Origin: a virus
Strand: one strand, 5' to 3'
Virus record (IMG/VR): IMGVR_UViG_3300010371_000030
Span: 41,833-105,832 of that record
Length of the DNA: 64,000 nt
Position 1 is the first letter of the stretch, and every line of letters starts with the position of its first letter. This document shows positions 40,238 to 49,307 of this stretch, one piece after another. The notes below the pieces were generated by a model. It had not been told where the DNA came from. It did no database searches and saw only the letters and a list, made by a program, of their open reading frames with translations. The translations under genes were made by a program, and so were the position numbers.

Positions 40238-40741
40238 CTATGCGGTGGTGATCAGATGCCACTGGTACTTCGGCCGGGAGAGGCGGAGCGCTCCGCAGGC
40301 CCGGTCCAGACACTGTCTAGCACCCACCACGGCGTCCGCCATCATCTCGTTTGGAGACACATCGTTGGGGCTAGGGTCGCGCAGTCTCACGCTCCACGCG
40401 GGCTTCTCTGCTACCAAGAGCCAGTAGCCTTCGGGCCCCTGCCGAACCAGTCGGCATCCCGCCCTACGTACCAAGTCTACATCGAACATTGCCGCCGCCG
40501 CCGTCTCTCCGACGACCACGAAGCCATAGACCAGCTCGGCGCTCGGCTCCTCGCCGGTCGCCAACGGCACGCCCAGCTTCCGCAGAAGGTCCCGGGCGGC
40601 ATCTTCCGGGGTGGCGCCCTCGCCGGTCTCCGTGAACTGCGGCGTGTCTACGAAGGCGATGGCCCACCAGCGCTTCTCGGACACGTGGAGGAGCATATGG
40701 AAGTTGGAGAGACGAAGCGCCTGGTTGAGTGCGGTGTTCAT
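40238..40741 (-). CDS. Hypothetical protein
   Basis: 167 aa; GEGATPEDAA motif. Confidence 0.55.
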   Translation of the reverse strand: MNTALNQALRLSNFHMLLHVSEKRWWAIAFVDTPQFTETGEGATPEDAARDLLRKLGVPLATGEEPSAELVYGFVVVGETAAAAMFDVDLVRRAGCRLVRQGPEGYWLLVAEKPAWSVRLRDPSPNDVSPNEMMADAVVGARQCLDRACGALRLSRPKYQWHLITTA

Positions 40742-41789
40742 GCGTTGGACGTACGGGGCGACGGACCCGTGGGGCTGACCGACCGACGGGCGAATGGACC
40801 TGCTGTGATGTCGAGCATCTGAATGACGGGTGGATGTGGCGACGTGCCGACGGACCTATGCGGTGTGATGTGCACCCAACCATAGCCAGCAGGCAGTGGG
40901 GGCGAAGACATTACACACACAGTGGGGCCCCTGGGGTGGCGCCCTTTGGCTGGCAGCCAATCGTGCTATGGTGTCGACGGATTCCATAGCACCCCACATC
41001 CATCGACCAATGTTCTGGCGACGACATACGCGCGACACTGATTGATGTAGTATCGATGAACGCGCTTCCATAGGGCGACGTATGTATATGTAAGCATTGG
41101 ATAGGTCCAACACTACATAGCACTATGGATTGGTATGCTGTCTGGTGTGCTCACGACTGTATGGCTGCTGTGGTGGTGTGTGCCATGCGTGTGTGCGGGG
41201 TTGGTCACACAACACAAACACATCGGTCTCTACTCCATTGGGCAAGACCGGGAAGCTAGCTAACATGGTGTACCAATAACATATCGTTCCCTAAGTATTC
41301 CATACCCATCGTATACGCGAGATGTTCCCCCTTTATTACGTACGGGGGAAGAATTCTGGGCCCAGGTATTAGGACACACCGGGCGCCTCGGTCTCTATAG
41401 GGGGCGCTACTAGGGCTCTGGCTCGTATGGTTCGGGCGGGGGATGTGGTTTGGCACGGTGTGGGTTCGCCGAATGGTGTTGGGAAGCGAACAACGAGGAT
41501 TGGCCACTTACATAGGCTCGGTGGCTCCATCCCGGAGATGTAATCTGCCAAGCCGTATTGGACACAGCCGGAGCGCGCTCGGAACACTGTCTGAGCTTGT
41601 CGGCTTACGTCGTCGCGAGTGGATACGCGGCAAGACGCGGATTGTGGCCATAGGCGGATGCCGAATTTGGCATGCTCCGCGGGCTGGCTCCGGAGGGGCG
41701 CGCTACGGGGCGTTGGCTACGCTTTCGTGGTCGGAGCTGTTCGTGTCAGCTGTGGGTCGAAAGCGTCGTGGGTTTTGGCGACTGGCCCC

Positions 41790-41818
41790 TTTACTTGTGC
41801 CAGGGGACAGGTTAGACT
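41790..41818 (+). promoter_or_regulatory. Sigma70-like promoter of the phage early-promoter family
   Basis: TTTACT-N17-TAGACT with the family motif GGACAGGT immediately 5' of the -10. Confidence 0.65.
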
Positions 41819-41849
41819 ATCCGAGCTGGTCCGAAGGGCCAGCGGAAGG

Positions 41850-42059
41850 ATGACGACGATGAACATCGAGCCGGGCGTGGTGGTGATCAAGCTCTCGGAG
41901 CACGGCCCCATCTGGGAGGCGACCTGGTGGCACACGAAGTTCCACCTGGAGTCGACGGCGGAGAACCTGGAGAAGCCGCTGCTGCTGGCGGACTTGCGCC
42001 GGAGGGACCCAGGGCTGACCCACTACAGGGACATCAACGGGACGTTGAAGAAGCTGTAG
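41850..42059 (+). CDS. Small hypothetical protein, the only credible plus-strand gene
   Basis: Own promoter, GGAAGG RBS (start 41850 or 41859), high-GC3 codons, terminator downstream. Confidence 0.7.
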   Translation: MTTMNIEPGVVVIKLSEHGPIWEATWWHTKFHLESTAENLEKPLLLADLRRRDPGLTHYRDINGTLKKL

Positions 42060-42084
42060 CGCGACGTCCGAACGGAGCGCGCGG

Positions 42085-42122
42085 AGGGCCGACCGCCTCG
42101 ATGGGGGTCGGCCCTTTCTTTT
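42085..42122 (+). terminator. Intrinsic terminator between convergent genes
   Basis: AGGGCCGACC/GGTCGGCCCT stem followed by TTCTTTT. Confidence 0.85.
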
Positions 42123-42123
42123 G

Positions 42124-42678
42124 TCACCGAGGCAGCGGCAGGACGCGGTAGCGCAGCCACTTGCCGAGCGGCGCGGCCACCTGGATGATGAGGCCAGCGT
42201 CGGACAGCTCGTGGAGACACGCGGCGAGTCCGGAGAGGCGGTCCGTACGCGTGGAGAACTTCGACAGGTGGTACAGACGACCCACAGGATGCTCGCCGGA
42301 AGGCTCCGTCAGCCGCTCGTACATCTGCTCCACGTCCAGATCCTGGGTTGACTTGAGCGTGGACAGCGTCTGAACGATGGCGTCCCGAAGCAGCTTCTTG
42401 CCCTTGTCGACGTCCTTGAACAGCTCGTCTTCCCACGCGTGGAGATCCACGAATTCGGTGCGCTCCTCCACGGGAAGCACCGAGCGACCGGCGCGTGCGC
42501 GCAGGTCCTGAAGGCGGAGCGCCTTCACGCCGTGGCTGGCGTTGGCTTGTCGCGACGCCCACACGAGCCACTCTTCCATGTGTCCGAGCAGCCGCGCGTC
42601 GCGGAGGGTGAGGGCGACGTCTTGCTGGTGCCCTCGCAACATCAACAGCATCGACAAACGGATGACTTCATCGTTCAT
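42124..42678 (-). CDS. Hypothetical protein with probable C-terminal winged helix
   Basis: CLHELSDAGLI...RYRV; AGGAG RBS. Confidence 0.55.
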   Translation of the reverse strand: MNDEVIRLSMLLMLRGHQQDVALTLRDARLLGHMEEWLVWASRQANASHGVKALRLQDLRARAGRSVLPVEERTEFVDLHAWEDELFKDVDKGKKLLRDAIVQTLSTLKSTQDLDVEQMYERLTEPSGEHPVGRLYHLSKFSTRTDRLSGLAACLHELSDAGLIIQVAAPLGKWLRYRVLPLPR

Positions 42679-43118
42679 GGCTGGTCTCTCCTGGCGCCGG
42701 GTTGGCGCGTCGGGAGCTTATGCTGCCCCGGGTGAGCGGTCGCTGCTTACGCTTGAGGGGTGGAAAGGATGGACGCCAGGAGACGCGGCGTGACGTCTGC
42801 GAGGAAGTGATCCTGACAGCAGTAGAACGTCGTCCAGCGTTGGATGAGCCGCGCTCCGCACGTAGGGCACAAGCCGGCTCCGATGGCACTGTCGATGAGC
42901 AGGCAATGGGCTTCCCACGGAGGCTCGCGCGGCGGGTCGACTACCTCTAGTGCCATCTGTCGCCCGACAGGAGCTTGAGGAAGTGGAACGCCTCGCTTCC
43001 AGCGTAGCGTGCTCGTCGCGCTTGCTTGTCGATCCAGCACCGCACCAACCATCGCCTCCGCTTCCACGGAGACCAGGCCGAAGTAGGCGTGTCGTTGCGA
43101 GGCGTCACAGGCATGACG

Positions 43119-43367
43119 TCAACGACGTCCATGCACACCTCCGGCCGGCAGGGGCTCGGGCGAGGGCAGGCACGCGTACAGCGTCGTGAGCGCCGCTGCC
43201 ACCGAGATGAGCACGCCGGCCGTCACGCGGCGTCTAGCTCGTCGGGCCTGGATCAGGGCGAGGCTCGCCCGTTTCCGGCGCATGATCTCCGGATCATTGG
43301 GCGCCACGGGCAGGTTGTAGAAGTCGTCAGGGTGAAACTTGAGGCTGGTCGTCGGCTGAACTCCCAT
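43119..43367 (-). CDS. Small membrane protein
   Basis: TM segment VTAGVLISVAAALTTLYAC. Confidence 0.5.
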   Translation of the reverse strand: MGVQPTTSLKFHPDDFYNLPVAPNDPEIMRRKRASLALIQARRARRRVTAGVLISVAAALTTLYACLPSPEPLPAGGVHGRR

Positions 43368-43432
43368 GCCCCCTTACATAGAGCTGGCAGCCGAGGCGCC
43401 GCAAGCGGGCGAACAGAGAATCCGGGGCTGCC

Positions 43433-43864
43433 CTACTCGTCTTGGCCGGGGATGGGCTCGGGCTTGTCGTCGCTGAACAGGCGCTCGACATCGGTGCCGT
43501 TGATCGTCGTCAGGGGCGCGTCGGACATGGACAGGAGCGCGATCAGCTTCTGGATCTCGCGGATGACCGCATCGTTCGGATACATCGGAGGCTCCGGCGC
43601 GCCCTTGAAGAACTCGATGGTGCCGAAGCGCATTCGGTGCCCGCGCTCGTGCTCGTATCGCGGCTGGTAGCGGCGCAGCTCGTTGATGTTGATGTTCACG
43701 AGACGTTGGTTGACGTGCGCACGGACCCATCGTTCCATGTCCGTCTTCCACACGGAGACATCGTGCTTGTATCTGGCGATGTCCTTCTCGCGACGCTTCT
43801 TGAGGACGGCCAAACGCTTCTTGAGCTTGACGATGTATGCCTTGGTCTTGATCTTCGTCTCCAT
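43433..43864 (-). CDS. Hypothetical protein
   Basis: GAGG RBS before METKIKTK. Confidence 0.6.
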   Translation of the reverse strand: METKIKTKAYIVKLKKRLAVLKKRREKDIARYKHDVSVWKTDMERWVRAHVNQRLVNININELRRYQPRYEHERGHRMRFGTIEFFKGAPEPPMYPNDAVIREIQKLIALLSMSDAPLTTINGTDVERLFSDDKPEPIPGQDE

Positions 43865-43878
43865 GGTCGTTTGCCTCT

Positions 43879-44394
43879 CTACGGCCTGATGGCGTGGGTG
43901 TGGGCCGTGCCATCTTCGCACAGCGGGCAGTCGACGCCCTGGACGCGCCGGGACTCGACCGGGACCGCGCGAAGATGCTCGATGCCCTTGTAGCAGGCTT
44001 CCAGCTGGACGCGAGCCTCGTTGAGCGCCAGCTGCTCCTCGGCCATCTTGGCGGCTCGATTGGCCAGAACCTCTTCCAGAGTCCTGATGTTGGCCTTGAT
44101 GTGGTTCGCCTCGATGGACAGCGTGTCGATGGCCTTGGAGAACGGATGGTGCCCCTCCATCCACGCGACCTTCGCGCGAGCGGCCTTGTCGGCGTCGTTC
44201 AGGCCCTCTTCATAGCTGTGCGCGCCTCGATTCTTGAAGCCATCGTGTGCGGCGGCGAGCACCTGCTTGGCGTCCGCCTCGGTGAAATGCTTGCCGTCGA
44301 TGGCGGCACGAACGATGTTGTCGATGTCGGCGTTGTACGCGTCGCGGGTGCGATGGCTGCGCGGCGCGTGTACCTCGTCCATTCCACTTCCCAT
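43879..44394 (-). CDS. Coiled-coil hypothetical protein
   Basis: AGGAG RBS; C-terminal CPLC...HTH. Confidence 0.6.
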   Translation of the reverse strand: MGSGMDEVHAPRSHRTRDAYNADIDNIVRAAIDGKHFTEADAKQVLAAAHDGFKNRGAHSYEEGLNDADKAARAKVAWMEGHHPFSKAIDTLSIEANHIKANIRTLEEVLANRAAKMAEEQLALNEARVQLEACYKGIEHLRAVPVESRRVQGVDCPLCEDGTAHTHAIRP

Positions 44395-44705
44395 GGCTGT
44401 CTCTCCTGTTCTACTGCTGAGCGTGGCGCGCCTTCGGAGGCATCGTTTGGCACCAGCAATACATCTCATACTCGAATGCCGCGGCGTCACGTCCGACTGG
44501 ATCCACGTGCCGAAGCATCCACGCGGCGGACGCTGCCCGGAAGCCGCGCCGCGCCGACTCCTGCCGCTTCTCTTGCTTGGCCTCCTCCTTCACTGATACA
44601 CCACGAGCCCGAAGATGAGCAGGATGGCCCAGAGGATCATCGCCGCCAGGATCAGCGTATCCGAGATGACCCACGAGCGCATACGCTTGCTAAGCGTCGC
44701 CACGG

Positions 44706-45191
44706 CTACAGCTTCCGACCGTGCTTGATCGGTCGCGTCTCGTTGTACGCCATCTTCTCCCTGAACACTCGCTCGATGTCGATGTGGTGCTTGCCGCAGA
44801 AGTGGAGAACACGGATGAGCTCATCGGCCATCTCGCTCGGCACGCCGCACGGCTTGTACGGGTGATTGACGTCCCATCCGCCGCCCGGCAGCTTCGGATA
44901 TGGATGGTCATGGCGGATGGTTCGCCACATCGGTTTGCCATCCATCACCACCTGCCTGTCGGGCTGCCCTTCGCCCATGAACATGATGTCCGAAACCATC
45001 AACGGCACCTTCTCTTCGTACCAGACGGCCGTCAAGTCGACGCCATCGCGGATGTCCTCCATTGCCTCGCTCAGCTCGGTGTGCATGAGCGCAACGTCTT
45101 CCCCGGGCGTGGCGTCGGTGAACTGGTGTGCGACCGCGATGGACAAGCACTCGTCGCGCAGCTCGTTGAGGCTCTTGCTCCCGTATCCCAT
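44706..45191 (-). CDS. MazG-like nucleotide pyrophosphohydrolase
   Basis: ALMHTELSEAME...GVPSEMADELIRVL...KMAYNETRPIKHG. Confidence 0.85.
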   Translation of the reverse strand: MGYGSKSLNELRDECLSIAVAHQFTDATPGEDVALMHTELSEAMEDIRDGVDLTAVWYEEKVPLMVSDIMFMGEGQPDRQVVMDGKPMWRTIRHDHPYPKLPGGGWDVNHPYKPCGVPSEMADELIRVLHFCGKHHIDIERVFREKMAYNETRPIKHGRKL

Positions 45192-45192
45192 G

Positions 45193-45801
45193 TCACTTCT
45201 CTCCTTGTTCCTTCCACACCAAGTCTTCCCAGGCGTGGGGAGCCTTCTTGGCCCGCTCGATGTAACGATACAGCTCCTGTGAACGAATGACAGCCATGCG
45301 ATACTGACAGCCGCCGCCAGCATACACGGCATACTGGTCTTCCTTCGGCCGAAGGCGACACTCATGAAGCGAGCGAACAACGATGCCCATGGCCGCTCTC
45401 ACGGCTTCATAGCGGCTGTTGTCGAAGCGCGCCCCGTCGCCCGGCTCCATCGGGTGTACTTGCCAGATGGAATGTGCGTTACCGCTGTCGCAGCGGAGGC
45501 TCTTGCCGTCCTTGCCTCGATAGCACTTCCCGGCATCGACATCCGGGGCAAAGTCGCTCTCGTGGTGCGCGATGGCGAGTGCTACGTTGATGTACCACCT
45601 GGCGCAGACGCGCGGCTTGGCATGCTTCTGGCACGCGTCCAACGCCGCTCGGGCGACATCGTACGCGATGAGGTTGTACCGCGACAGGCGCTCGCCAGGC
45701 GTTTCGGCCCATCCCGGTACCGCCTCGTGACGCCAAGTGACCGGCGACAAGTAGGTGATCACCGAGAGTGCGAACGCGAACAGATACTGTGAGAGAGTCA
45801 T
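45193..45801 (-). CDS. Secreted lytic-transglycosylase (SLT)-like protein
   Basis: Signal/TM N-terminus; AIAHHESDF catalytic Glu motif; SIWQV. Confidence 0.6.
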   Translation of the reverse strand: MTLSQYLFAFALSVITYLSPVTWRHEAVPGWAETPGERLSRYNLIAYDVARAALDACQKHAKPRVCARWYINVALAIAHHESDFAPDVDAGKCYRGKDGKSLRCDSGNAHSIWQVHPMEPGDGARFDNSRYEAVRAAMGIVVRSLHECRLRPKEDQYAVYAGGGCQYRMAVIRSQELYRYIERAKKAPHAWEDLVWKEQGEK

Positions 45802-45847
45802 CGCGGCCCGAAGATACCGCCGCGGCGTGGGCGAGCGCTGGCTTGCG

Positions 45848-46435
45848 TCAGGCCTCTTGGCCTTGGTTGTAGTAGGCGTACATGCGCTGCGTGTCGACGA
45901 TGCCAGCCACGAGACGGCCGGTGTCCATCTCCATCCAGTAGACGCCGTGGCGGATCATCGCGTGCGCCTTCCTCAGCACCGTCTCGCGACCGGGCGGAGG
46001 ATTGGAAGCGTCGGTGCGCTGGCCGCCGTCGATGCGGATGCCATCGCCGATGATGGTGCCGATGTGCTCGACGTGATCGCCGTTGGGAGCGAGGTGGATC
46101 TGGTTGCCGCGCACCAGGAGCGTGGCATAGTCCGGATGCGACGGCTCGATGTACGCAGCTGCCTGCTTTGCTGCGTCGATCAGGTTGGTGATGGCGGCGC
46201 CGTACTTGTACTTGCCGCGTGGAGGGAGCGCGATGCCTCCACCCTCCTGAATCGCCCACCCCACCAACGCGCATCCCGACGCGTTGTCGATGGCCGTGAT
46301 GTCGGCGGCATCGTCGTTGGCCACCTCCCATTCGGCCACCAAGCAGCTGTAGCGCTCGTCGGGCGCGCTTACATTCTCGATGCTCTCTGCGTACTCTGCC
46401 ACCGCTTCGCGCGGATCATCGTCGATGAGTGCCAT
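45848..46435 (-). CDS. Hypothetical protein (possible amidase/peptidase-like fold)
   Basis: GGAGG RBS; SGCALV...EHIG...IDGGQ. Confidence 0.55.
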   Translation of the reverse strand: MALIDDDPREAVAEYAESIENVSAPDERYSCLVAEWEVANDDAADITAIDNASGCALVGWAIQEGGGIALPPRGKYKYGAAITNLIDAAKQAAAYIEPSHPDYATLLVRGNQIHLAPNGDHVEHIGTIIGDGIRIDGGQRTDASNPPPGRETVLRKAHAMIRHGVYWMEMDTGRLVAGIVDTQRMYAYYNQGQEA

Positions 46436-46473
46436 GTATCGCCTCCAATCGGGCGATCCTACGGCGGTGGCTG

Positions 46474-46878
46474 CTAACCACCATAGCTGACGTGGCAGAT
46501 GGCTTCGGCCGTGAGCACGAGAGAGAGCGACACCGGGCCGACCGCCGTGCCAGGGAGCCACAGGCGAATCTCGCCGCCCGGCGGAATGGAGACCGACGAC
46601 GTTTGGCTTGCTTGGTCGGTCCACTCGGCGCGTACCGGGCTGGCCGCTCCGGTGCTGTTGAGTGCATCCACGGCGATGCGCATGTACTGGGCGCCAGCGG
46701 GCGGCAGCTCGGACAGGTCCACGACCTTCGTGCCGGCTTCCAGGATCATGCGCCCGTTGGGCTGGAAGACGCTCACCTGGATGGACGGCGGCCGGAACGT
46801 GTCTTGCTCGGGCTCGCCATCCTCCTTGTTCGTGAAGGTCGAATGTACGACGGCCAGCGATTGAGTCGGAGTGGTCAT
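46474..46878 (-). CDS. Hypothetical beta-rich protein
   Basis: GGAGG RBS. Confidence 0.55.
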   Translation of the reverse strand: MTTPTQSLAVVHSTFTNKEDGEPEQDTFRPPSIQVSVFQPNGRMILEAGTKVVDLSELPPAGAQYMRIAVDALNSTGAASPVRAEWTDQASQTSSVSIPPGGEIRLWLPGTAVGPVSLSLVLTAEAICHVSYGG

Positions 46879-47324
46879 GCCTCCGAGTCTAGCGGATTGC
46901 CTGACACGTCTGTGTATCCCTTGACGAACACGGCGATGTCGACGTCGTACCTGGGACGCCAAGTCTGGCTACCGATAGACTCCATTCCCAGCTTCCTACC
47001 TGCCATGCTTACCACGCGCACGTTACGTCTGGTGAGCTTGTCGACGAACACGGAGCCTGGATGGACCACGAGCGTTCCGACGCGCTCCCAAGCGTCATCG
47101 ATTCGTACGTGTATGCCGCCATACGCTGTGGTGATTGAGCCGTCGCCAACCACGGTGTCCTCGAACAGCACGAGGTATGCCGGGTTGGCGGGGTCGCACC
47201 ACGGCGCGCCTCGCCGGATCACCGTCCCCTTCGGCCATCGGTCTTGCGACAGACGCGTTCGGAGCGCTTCCAGCCTCACGTCGGGCACCGAAGCGTACAG
47301 AAGCATCGGCCCGTCAGTCCGCAC
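46875..47324 (-). CDS. Hypothetical protein
   Basis: 149 aa, ATGA overlap with the next gene. Confidence 0.5.
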   Translation of the reverse strand: MRTDGPMLLYASVPDVRLEALRTRLSQDRWPKGTVIRRGAPWCDPANPAYLVLFEDTVVGDGSITTAYGGIHVRIDDAWERVGTLVVHPGSVFVDKLTRRNVRVVSMAGRKLGMESIGSQTWRPRYDVDIAVFVKGYTDVSGNPLDSEA

Positions 47325-47635
47325 CTAGGCTGGCACAAGTCACACGAGACGATGACGTTGCCGTGGTTACAGATGTTAGCGGCGAGCGCCTTCTGTACGT
47401 CGCCTTCGGCCGCTTGTTCGCTGGCATTCGGACCGGAAGGCGGAGCCGGGCGAGGCGGCCCCGCCGCTGCTGGATCGGCATCGAGCGCCTTGTCGCGGGC
47501 GTCTTCCTCACCCGGCTGTACGCCGTGTGCCTCCGGCACGCCATCTGTCGACATCGTGGGCTTGCCCGTGATCTGGAAGTCGCCCGCCGCGATGCCCTGT
47601 TCGACCGTTTTGACGATGTCTCCAATGTCACCCAT
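47276..47635 (-). CDS. Hypothetical protein with Cys-rich C-terminus
   Basis: GAGGA RBS; CNHG...CDLC. Confidence 0.5.
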   Translation of the reverse strand: MGDIGDIVKTVEQGIAAGDFQITGKPTMSTDGVPEAHGVQPGEEDARDKALDADPAAAGPPRPAPPSGPNASEQAAEGDVQKALAANICNHGNVIVSCDLCQPRCGLTGRCFCTLRCPT

Positions 47636-48194
47636 GGTATCCTCGCGCACATCCATCCACCGTCAGGGACGTAGGATTGTGTTCACAGTAGATGGCGACA
47701 TTCTCGTACACGACACCAGGCCCATACACGAAATGTCGATACAGACGAAACTGACGATGTCGTTCAAACATGTGGAACTTCGCTTGATCGTCGGCCCAAT
47801 CCAGGCTTCGACGATTCGAGCGGCCATCGGGCAGCGCCATCATTTCACCATAGTATCCACAACGCTCGATGTGCCCATCGAATTCGATGAAGCACGGGAT
47901 TCCGCTCGGCTCGGGCGTGACCGCCGGGAAGCGCCGTCCCGGCAGCTCGTGAGGGAGGAATACGATGCTGACGCCCGGTGGAACCACGAATGCGTTGCTG
48001 TAAGTTTCTGTGTATGCCCGATGTACCTTGTGGATGTAGTCCGTGTCTTCAAAACTCTGCGAACCACTGAGCACGAACGCAGGCAGCGGTCTGTTAATGT
48101 CGATGCGAGCATCGTTCGGACCGACGGGGTTGTCATCCTCGTCATCGGTCTGCGCTGCCGCGGCAGCGCGTCGGCGGAGCTCATCGAGGTCCAT
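47628..48194 (-). CDS. Hypothetical protein
   Basis: 188 aa ORF. Confidence 0.55.
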   Translation of the reverse strand: MDLDELRRRAAAAAQTDDEDDNPVGPNDARIDINRPLPAFVLSGSQSFEDTDYIHKVHRAYTETYSNAFVVPPGVSIVFLPHELPGRRFPAVTPEPSGIPCFIEFDGHIERCGYYGEMMALPDGRSNRRSLDWADDQAKFHMFERHRQFRLYRHFVYGPGVVYENVAIYCEHNPTSLTVDGCARGYHG

Positions 48195-48306
48195 CGATCA
48201 CGAGGCCATAGCGGCGGTGTCGGGTTGACAGCAGGAGGGGCGCGGGCCCATCGGGCGCTCCCTACGCGTGGAGCGCTCGGGAGGCTGTCACGGCGGTGTC
48301 ACGCCG

Positions 48307-48816
48307 TCAGAAGGATGTACAGATGCGCAGAACGTTGGCGCACGGCGGCGGCCAGATGTCGGGGCCCCAGCATTCCACCCCGCCGCCACCGCCCATCGGG
48401 CAGCACTGGCCACATTCCATGCCGAGAACACAATCGCAGGCCGACGTACACGTGTTGGCGTTCATCGTCGGCCTGGCGCAAGCGTCGGGCGATTCGTCGA
48501 TGCTCGCATCGCCTGCGTCCATCGGGTCGCCCGCGTCACTTCCGCCATCCGCCTCATCAGCGGCATCGCTGGAGGCATCGACAGCGGAGGCATCCGACTC
48601 TTCCATTCCAGCGTCGCCCGCGTCGGCGCTCGCCTTCCCGGCATCGACCACAGGAGCGGCATCCACCTCGGGCTCGCCGCCGTCGTTGTGCTCGTGTACG
48701 CCCGCGCCGTGCGTTGTGCTTGGCGGAGCAAACAGAGCGTCGATGTCGCCAGACAGCCCGCAGCCGACCAACGACATCGTGAGGAGCAGCGAGAGTGCGA
48801 ATGGCTTGTGGTTCAT
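48307..48816 (-). CDS. Lipoprotein with DAG/DAS-rich linker and Cys-rich C-terminal domain
   Basis: Lipobox LVGC; VDAGKASADAGDAG...; about ten Cys at the C-terminus. Confidence 0.75.
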   Translation of the reverse strand: MNHKPFALSLLLTMSLVGCGLSGDIDALFAPPSTTHGAGVHEHNDGGEPEVDAAPVVDAGKASADAGDAGMEESDASAVDASSDAADEADGGSDAGDPMDAGDASIDESPDACARPTMNANTCTSACDCVLGMECGQCCPMGGGGGVECWGPDIWPPPCANVLRICTSF

Positions 48817-48857
48817 ACGCGTCCCCTACGGCCAATTGGGACGCGTCGCTGAGTGTG

Positions 48858-49094
48858 TCAGCTTTTACGTTCGCGACGTACGCTCAACGGAACCACGTTT
48901 GGTGGCGGAGCGCGCATCTCTGCCGACTCGGAATCGAGCCCGCGTTGTAGATACTGTCTGGCCAAGACAGCCACGGTTACGCCGCGGCGTGCGGCCACTC
49001 GCATGAGCAGCCGATCCATGTCTTCTGTGAGGCAGATCGTTCGCGCTTCGGGATAGCGCTCGGGCGACGCCTTGGCCAGCCCGGGGCGCCTCAT
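48858..49094 (-). CDS. Ribbon-helix-helix (CopG/Arc-like) DNA-binding protein
   Basis: RTICLTEDMDRLLMRVAARRGVTVAVLARQYLQRGL. Confidence 0.65.
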   Translation of the reverse strand: MRRPGLAKASPERYPEARTICLTEDMDRLLMRVAARRGVTVAVLARQYLQRGLDSESAEMRAPPPNVVPLSVRRERKS

Positions 49095-49252
49095 CCCCAG
49101 TGCCCGTATCCGTGGACGCGCATCACCTGGATGCCAGCGATGAGCACGGCGACGAACAGGCACATGTACATCACGATGGTTACAGGAAGGAACCACCGAT
49201 TGCCGCGCCATCGCACCCAAGTAGTCACTGCTCGCAGTCTCAGCTCCAGCAT
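49091..49252 (-). CDS. Small membrane protein (53 aa)
   Basis: Manual translation; AAAGGAG RBS; one TM helix. Confidence 0.5.
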   Translation of the reverse strand: MLELRLRAVTTWVRWRGNRWFLPVTIVMYMCLFVAVLIAGIQVMRVHGYGHWG

Positions 49253-49307
49253 AGCCCCCATCTCCTTTGGTTGGACTGATAGGGCCGTCCGGGGCGGCTC
49301 GCTGTGG

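Noticed and set aside
42680-43118. Short ORFs 42747..43067 and 42947..43138
   Set aside because: Overlapping candidates with weak start signals; could not decide which, if any, is real
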